A stretch of DNA of 64,000 bases from assembly GCA_964359735.1 (NCBI GenBank), contig CAYHTZ010000004.1, forward strand, positions 409 through 64,408, in the 5' to 3' direction. Each line of letters begins with the position of its first letter. Position 1 is the first letter of the stretch. Positions 58,658-64,000 of this stretch are shown here, in pieces. The notes beneath the pieces are model-generated. The model saw nothing but the letters and a program-made list of their open reading frames with translations. It was not told the origin of the DNA and did no database searches. Source of the stretch: an uncultured Candidatus Saccharibacteria bacterium (GTDB lineage: Bacteria; Patescibacteriota; Andersenbacteria; UBA10190). A program made the position numbers and the translations under genes.

Positions 58658-59204
58658 GGAAACAGCAGTATTTGGTGGCGGGTGCTTCTGGTGTACAGAG
58701 GCGGTACTCAAGCAGCTCAAAGGAGTGGTTGATGTTACACCTGGCTATGCGGGTGGGCATCCGCCAGCTGGCGGAGAGCACCCTATCTATGGGCAAGTCT
58801 CATCGGGGAAAACCGGCCATGCGGAGGTGGTGAAAATTGAGTTTGATCCGAATGTAATTTCATACCGAGACTTGCTGACGGTCTTTTTTGCCTCGCACGA
58901 CCCCACCACGCCAGATCGGCAGGGAGCAGATGTAGGTTCGCAATACCGATCGATGATTCTCACAACCAGTGATGAGCAGCGGCAACAAGCAGAGGATTTT
59001 ATTCAAGAAATTAATACTTCAGACATGGAAGGAGAGGAAGTAGTTACAGAGGTTAAGCCGTTCGATAAGTTTTATGAGGCCGAAGAAGAGCACAAAGACT
59101 TCTATGACAAGAACAAATATACTGGCTATTCATTATTTGTGATCAACCCTAAACTAAAAAAGGTGCGGGAGAAGTTTAAAGATTTAATCAAGGAGAAATT
59201 ATGA
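58647..59204 (+). CDS. msrA: peptide-methionine (S)-S-oxide reductase
   Basis: GGGCFWCTE, TGHAEVV, HDPT, RQG.DVG.QYRS, FYEAEEEH; start ATG 58647. Confidence 0.95.
   Translation: MSARETAVFGGGCFWCTEAVLKQLKGVVDVTPGYAGGHPPAGGEHPIYGQVSSGKTGHAEVVKIEFDPNVISYRDLLTVFFASHDPTTPDRQGADVGSQYRSMILTTSDEQRQQAEDFIQEINTSDMEGEEVVTEVKPFDKFYEAEEEHKDFYDKNKYTGYSLFVINPKLKKVREKFKDLIKEKL
58759..58777. repeat. 19-bp element ATCCGCCAGCTGGCGGAGA, copy 2 (in msrA)
   Basis: identical to 18803-18821. Confidence 0.88.
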
Positions 59205-59581
59205 ACAATATGAAGGCAGATGACGAATTATCACCAGAACTGCGGCACGTGGCGCGGGAGGGTGGCACAGAGGCGCCGTACACGGGGAAGTATGTGCATA
59301 CAAAAGAAAAGGGCATGTACAAATGCGCGGTGTGCGGCACCGAGCTTTTCTCTTCGGATACGAAGTTTGAGTCCGGCACTGGTTGGCCATCTTTTACAGA
59401 GCCGGCGAACTTGGAGCACATCAAGCTGCGCGATGACACCAGCCATGGCATGAAGCGAACGGAAGTTGTGTGCAAAACCTGTGGTGCACATTTAGGACAT
59501 GTATTTGATGATGGGCCGGTGGAAGCTGGAGGTAAGCGCTATTGTATTAATTCCGTTTGCTTAGATTTGCAGCAATCTTGA
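59201..59581 (+). CDS. msrB: peptide-methionine (R)-S-oxide reductase
   Basis: GTEAPYTG, SGTGWPSF, HLGHVFDDGP, RYCINS. Confidence 0.97.
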   Translation: MNNMKADDELSPELRHVAREGGTEAPYTGKYVHTKEKGMYKCAVCGTELFSSDTKFESGTGWPSFTEPANLEHIKLRDDTSHGMKRTEVVCKTCGAHLGHVFDDGPVEAGGKRYCINSVCLDLQQS

Positions 59582-59595
59582 CCAGCAGGGGAAAG

Positions 59596-59727
59596 TTGAC
59601 AGGAAATGAAATTTAGTCTATCTTTAATGAATTCATTCATTTAGTAGGTCGCGCAGGAGCGTGACCTACCAGACTCGACCTTACGACACAGTATCTGTGA
59701 CCAAAAGTAATCGGGTCACAGGATACT
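59596..59727 (+). promoter_or_regulatory. sigma70 promoter and structured 5' leader of the helicase gene
   Basis: TTGACA 59596-59601, 17 nt spacer, TATCTT 59619-59624; hairpins 59644-59669 and 59690-59727. Confidence 0.7.
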
Positions 59728-61008
59728 ATGGTGAACTCTCAACCTGCAGGGGATGCGCTTTTTTCTCGTATGGGGCTTTCGCCTCAGCTTTTAGGCGTGA
59801 TTTCCGCACTCAAGTTTACGGTGCCCACGCCGATTCAGGCTCGAGCCATACCTGTCGCAGTGACCGGCAAAGACGTGATTGGCATCGCCCAAACGGGCAC
59901 CGGCAAAACGTTGGCGTTTCTGCTGCCCATGCTGCAAGCCTTGAAAGGTAGCAATAGACAAGGGCTTATTGTAGTGCCGACGCGTGAGTTGGCAGCGCAA
60001 GTGGAAGAGCAGCTGTACGACATTGGGGAAAGTTTGGGAGTACGCCAAGCACTTTTGATTGGCGGGGCATCAATGGGCAAACAAATCAGTGACATCCGCC
60101 GTTTTCCCAACGTGATTATCGGTACCCCGGGCCGTATTCTTGACCACATGAAGCAGAGGACGCTTACGTTGAATAACGTGAAAGTACTGGTGCTAGACGA
60201 AGCGGATCGGATGCTGGATATGGGATTTGCCCCGCAAATTAGAAGCATTTTGGAACAGGTGCCGCGCGAGAGGCAGACAATGCTTTTTTCGGCGACTATG
60301 CCGCCAGAAATTGCAACCATGGCGGCTCGGCACATGAAGACCCCCGTACGGGTGGAGGTAGCACGCGCGGGGAGCGTAGCCGAGTGCGTGAACCAGAAAT
60401 TATTTGTTGTGCCTCGCGATCAGAAGAATAGTTTGCTGGATAAGCTGCTCAGTGATTACACTGGCGCGGTGCTCGTATTTTCCCGCACCAAGTATGGTGC
60501 CCAGAAAGTTTGCCGCCTGGTACGAGGCATGAACCACTCGGCGGCGGAGATACATTCTAACTTGTCGCAATCGCAGCGCCGGCGTTCGCTGGCTGGATTT
60601 AAATCCGGAGCCTACCGTGTGCTGGTGGCAACGGATATTGCTGCGCGCGGGATTGATGTGGCGGACATCGAGTTAGTGATTAACTATGATTTACCAGATA
60701 AGGCCGATGATTACATCCACCGCGTGGGCCGTACGGGCCGGGCAGGGAAAGCCGGGCAGGCAATATCGTTTGTGACACCGGACCAGCAGGGTAAAATTCG
60801 GGAAATTGAGCGGGCGTTGCGCTTTGCCCTACCCGTCTCCCCGCTGCCAAGCTCTTCTCTCAAGCAGGCAGCAAGAACTTCACCAGAGAGGCGGCCGCGA
60901 GCGTTTCGACGGGTAGAATTTGCTCGTCCCAATTCTGGGCCAGCAAGACAAAAAGGCCCCGCCTTCGCCGAGGCTTCGGCGGGCAGGCGTATCCGCGTTC
61001 ACCGCTAG
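59728..61008 (+). CDS. DEAD-box RNA helicase (RhlE-like)
   Basis: Q motif, [34 protein letters not shown]. Confidence 0.96.
   Translation: MVNSQPAGDALFSRMGLSPQLLGVISALKFTVPTPIQARAIPVAVTGKDVIGIAQTGTGKTLAFLLPMLQALKGSNRQGLIVVPTRELAAQVEEQLYDIGESLGVRQALLIGGASMGKQISDIRRFPNVIIGTPGRILDHMKQRTLTLNNVKVLVLDEADRMLDMGFAPQIRSILEQVPRERQTMLFSATMPPEIATMAARHMKTPVRVEVARAGSVAECVNQKLFVVPRDQKNSLLDKLLSDYTGAVLVFSRTKYGAQKVCRLVRGMNHSAAEIHSNLSQSQRRRSLAGFKSGAYRVLVATDIAARGIDVADIELVINYDLPDKADDYIHRVGRTGRAGKAGQAISFVTPDQQGKIREIERALRFALPVSPLPSSSLKQAARTSPERRPRAFRRVEFARPNSGPARQKGPAFAEASAGRRIRVHR
60958..60987. repeat. 30-bp palindromic element, copy in the helicase C-tail
   Basis: CCCGCCTTCGCCGAGGCTTCGGCGGGCAGG. Confidence 0.9.
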
Positions 61009-61019
61009 CAGAGTTTGGT

Positions 61020-62840
61020 ATGGAACCAAAGATTCGCAACGTAGCGATCATTGCCCATGTTGACCATGGGAAAACGACGTTGGTAGATGCATTACTGAAA
61101 CAGTCAGAGTCGTTCCGAACTAAAGAAGATACGGGAAATTTGATCATGGATTCGAATGAGCTAGAGCGCGAGCGAGGCATTACGATTTTCTCCAAAAATG
61201 CTTCCGTACGTTATCAGGGATATAAGATCAACATCATCGATACCCCCGGGCACGCGGATTTCGGCGGAGAGGTAGAGCGCGTTCTGAGCCTCGCTGACGG
61301 GGTGCTGCTCTTAGTAGATGCGAAAGACGGCCCCATGCCCCAAACCAAGTTCGTGCTGAAAAAAGCGCTGGAGGCGGGGCATAAGGTAATTGTGGTGATT
61401 AATAAAATTGACGTACCACAGGCAAGGCCAGCCTGGGTGTTGGATCAAACGTTTAGTTTGTTTGTGGACTTAGGCGCCAGTGAAGAGCAGGCTGAGTTTC
61501 CGGTGCTCTATGCTTCGGCTATTCAAGGTAAAGCAGGATTGACTGCCGATTTATCTGCCATGGTCAACATCGCGCCAATGTTTGAGGCGATTGTAGAGCA
61601 TATTCCGCCGCCACAGGTAAAGGAAGCGCCCATGCAAATGTTAGTTGTTAACGTGGCCTACGATTCTTACAAAGGGCAGATCGCGATCGGCCGGCTGACA
61701 TCCAGCTCTTTGCGCAAGGGCCAGCCGGTGATGCGTATTCAAGCCGATGGTACACAGGTGCCGGCTAAGGTCACGGCGGTGATGGTATTCGATGGGCTGA
61801 GCCGCGTGGAGGTAGAGGAAGTTGCCGCTGGCGATGTAGTAGCAGTGGCAGGAATCGAGAACATAAAAATTGGCGAGACAATCGCTGATGCGGAGAGGCC
61901 AGTGGCGCTGCCCACTATTGCAATTGAGGAGCCAACGGTGAAAATGAGTTTCTCGGTGAACACCTCGCCTTTTGCAGGAGACGAAGGCGGGTTTTCTACA
62001 GCCAGGCATTTAAGGAACCGTTTAGCGCAGGAAGTATTAGCGGACGTGGCGCTTAAGGTAGAGCCCATAGCCGGGTCGGATTCGGCCTTTACCGTTTCGG
62101 GCCGCGGCGAGCTTCACTTGGCTATTCTCATTGAAAAAATGCTGCGTGAGGGCTACGAGTTTCAAGTGGGGAAGCCAGAGGTGATTTTCAAGGAAGAGAA
62201 CGGTAAAACCCTAGAGCCGTTTGAGGATGTGTATTTGGAATGCCCGGAGGCAAGCGCGGGAACTGTAATTGAGAAAATGGGGCAGCGCCGGGCCGACATG
62301 AAAGATATGAAAGTACAACAGGGAACGGCCAAGATGCATTGGCTCGTTTCCACGCGCGGGCTGATTGGGTACCGCTCGGAATACCTCACGGATACGCGAG
62401 GCGAAGGTATTATGAATACTCTTTTTCATGGCTATTTACCGGAGGCGGGTAACGTGCGCCAGGGCGAGCACGGGTCGCTGGTGGCGTATGAGACGGGGGA
62501 GAGCAGGATGTACGGGCTGCTCTCGGCGCAGGGGCGGGGGAAACTATTCATTGGCCCTGGAGTGAAGGTGTACGAGGGTATGATCGTGGGGCAAAATTCA
62601 CGTGCGGAAGATATTGATGTGAATGTGTGCAAGGAGAAACAGCTTTCCAATATGCGTTCCAAGGGCGAGGGGGTGTCGGAACACTTCAACGTGCCCGTGA
62701 CACTGAGCCTGGAGGAGGCGATTGAATACTTAGGCGACGACGAGCTCTTAGAAGTAACGCCGAAGAACCTACGCCTTAGGAAAATGTATCTTTCTAAACA
62801 CGACCGCAAGCGAGCTCGGAGTAAGGCCTCGACAGACTAG
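61020..62840 (+). CDS. typA: translational GTPase TypA/BipA
   Basis: [46 protein letters not shown]. Confidence 0.97.
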   Translation: MEPKIRNVAIIAHVDHGKTTLVDALLKQSESFRTKEDTGNLIMDSNELERERGITIFSKNASVRYQGYKINIIDTPGHADFGGEVERVLSLADGVLLLVDAKDGPMPQTKFVLKKALEAGHKVIVVINKIDVPQARPAWVLDQTFSLFVDLGASEEQAEFPVLYASAIQGKAGLTADLSAMVNIAPMFEAIVEHIPPPQVKEAPMQMLVVNVAYDSYKGQIAIGRLTSSSLRKGQPVMRIQADGTQVPAKVTAVMVFDGLSRVEVEEVAAGDVVAVAGIENIKIGETIADAERPVALPTIAIEEPTVKMSFSVNTSPFAGDEGGFSTARHLRNRLAQEVLADVALKVEPIAGSDSAFTVSGRGELHLAILIEKMLREGYEFQVGKPEVIFKEENGKTLEPFEDVYLECPEASAGTVIEKMGQRRADMKDMKVQQGTAKMHWLVSTRGLIGYRSEYLTDTRGEGIMNTLFHGYLPEAGNVRQGEHGSLVAYETGESRMYGLLSAQGRGKLFIGPGVKVYEGMIVGQNSRAEDIDVNVCKEKQLSNMRSKGEGVSEHFNVPVTLSLEEAIEYLGDDELLEVTPKNLRLRKMYLSKHDRKRARSKASTD

Positions 62841-62867
62841 TTAGTACATAGGTGTACATTGAGGAAT

Positions 62868-63455
62868 ATGCAGGCTCTTCTTCTAGATATGGACGGCGTG
62901 GTTGTTACGGGAGAGGATTTCGCCGATTGCTTGAAGCGGGATTTGGGATTAACGCGGGAGGACACCAAAGATTTTTTCACGGGAGTTTTTCGAGACTGCC
63001 AGATGGGAAAGGCAGATTTGAAAAAGAAGATTGCCCCTTACCTTTCCACATGGGGATGGAAGAAGAGTGTGGATGAGTTCTTAGAATACTGGTTTACCTC
63101 TCATAGCCGAACTGACGAGCAGTTGCTGAGGTATGTTCAGGAACTTCGAGCTAAAAAGACTCTTTGCTACTTGGTAGGTAACCAAGAAAAGTATCGAGCA
63201 GAGTACCTCGGAGAGGTCGTTGGATTAAGAAAATCTTTTGATGGCGTTTTTGTTTCAGCCGAGGTGGGGTACCTCAAAGAAGATCAAAGATTTTTTGAGC
63301 ACGTTTTGCGCGAGTTGCGTCTTCCACCTGCTGCAGTATTGCATTTTGATGATTCAGAGCGTTGTGTAGCAAGTGCTCAGGCAGCTGGCATTCGGGCGCA
63401 CTTGTACACCGGGTATCAGGACTTCGTTCAGGAAACCGAGAACTTCGTCTCTTGA
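62868..63455 (+). CDS. HAD family hydrolase
   Basis: LLDMDGVV, SAEVGYLK, FDDS. Confidence 0.88.
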   Translation: MQALLLDMDGVVVTGEDFADCLKRDLGLTREDTKDFFTGVFRDCQMGKADLKKKIAPYLSTWGWKKSVDEFLEYWFTSHSRTDEQLLRYVQELRAKKTLCYLVGNQEKYRAEYLGEVVGLRKSFDGVFVSAEVGYLKEDQRFFEHVLRELRLPPAAVLHFDDSERCVASAQAAGIRAHLYTGYQDFVQETENFVS

Positions 63456-63466
63456 ACAACGCTGAT

Positions 63467-64000
63467 CTAGTGAGTCGGGGCGGGGAGGGCTGTGAAGAGT
63501 TGCACGTGGGTAGCTGAGCCGAAGGGGCCAGGGTCCGCGCCGTGGGTTTGACCATCGCTGTGGTAAGCAAGGGCTACGACGGTCAGAGTTTTCTCGTCGC
63601 TGGGTTGCAAGGGAGGAAGCGCTAGGTTGAACGTGGCGTTGCCACGAGCATTTGCTCGCAAGGTGTTTTGCGAGCCGTCGGCTTTACCGCAAGGGTAGTC
63701 GGTGATGATAGGCTTCGGAGGCAGCTTCACCCGGGAGCACCACATGGTGTAGAGACCGCCCGGAACCAGCTTTTGAAACCTTGCGGAAAGAAAAGCTTTG
63801 TCCCCAGCGACGATGTATCTCCCGCTGCCAGTGCCGGCCAGCCATTCTCCTAAGGTAAAGCCTAGCGCCTCGCCGCGTGAGAAGGGCCCCAGCGGTTTGG
63901 CGGTAACTTTGAATGGATCATGAGGGATTGGCACGTACGACATATACACTTGCTTACCAAGGTTCGGTGCGTGTTGTGCATCTTTTACGTCGACACGGAC
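63467..64000 (-). CDS. hypothetical protein, 5'-truncated by the window edge
   Basis: frame open to 64000; LVPGGLYTMW, ALAYHSDG.THG..PG.FG...HVQ. Confidence 0.7.
   Translation of the reverse strand, partial: VRVDVKDAQHAPNLGKQVYMSYVPIPHDPFKVTAKPLGPFSRGEALGFTLGEWLAGTGSGRYIVAGDKAFLSARFQKLVPGGLYTMWCSRVKLPPKPIITDYPCGKADGSQNTLRANARGNATFNLALPPLQPSDEKTLTVVALAYHSDGQTHGADPGPFGSATHVQLFTALPAPTH

Noticed and set aside
48291-59581. Integron cassette array explanation for the run of small accessory genes
   Set aside because: Mixed orientations, own promoters, no repeated attC-type RYYYAAC/GTTRRRY boundaries and no intI seen.

Overview
Chromosomal segment of a small-genome bacterium that looks like Patescibacteria/CPR. 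This is inferred from gene content and compact architecture; genetic code 11 is used. The left half is mostly housekeeping: PMM/PGM, suhB-like, trpS, rnj, pgi/pmi, secG, uvrC/uvrA, groES/groEL with a CIRCE, pyk, mutM, dnaG, rpoD, cyclophilin, tRNA-Leu(CAG), tRNA-Ser(TGA). The right half holds tRNA-Asn(GTT), many small accessory, secreted and redox genes, msrA/msrB, a DEAD-box helicase and typA. No rRNA, CRISPR, integrase or transposase was seen. The most striking signal is several families of 16-70 bp palindromic micro-elements inserted in or at conserved genes (rnj, uvrA with a nested copy, uvrC, trpS, msrA, helicase, YdeI-like). Several can be excised in silico to restore a plausible ancestral sequence. 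Other highlights: two orphan phospho-His (PEP-utiliser mobile domain) genes starting 3 and 11 nt after tRNA genes; a MATCAP/DUF1704-like peptidase next to a RimK-type ligase; a 3-kb integrase-less glycan island at tRNA-Asn; a cysteine-free UvrC; a duplicated XRE operator; and widespread leaderless-type promoters. All family assignments come from motif recognition by eye, not database searches.
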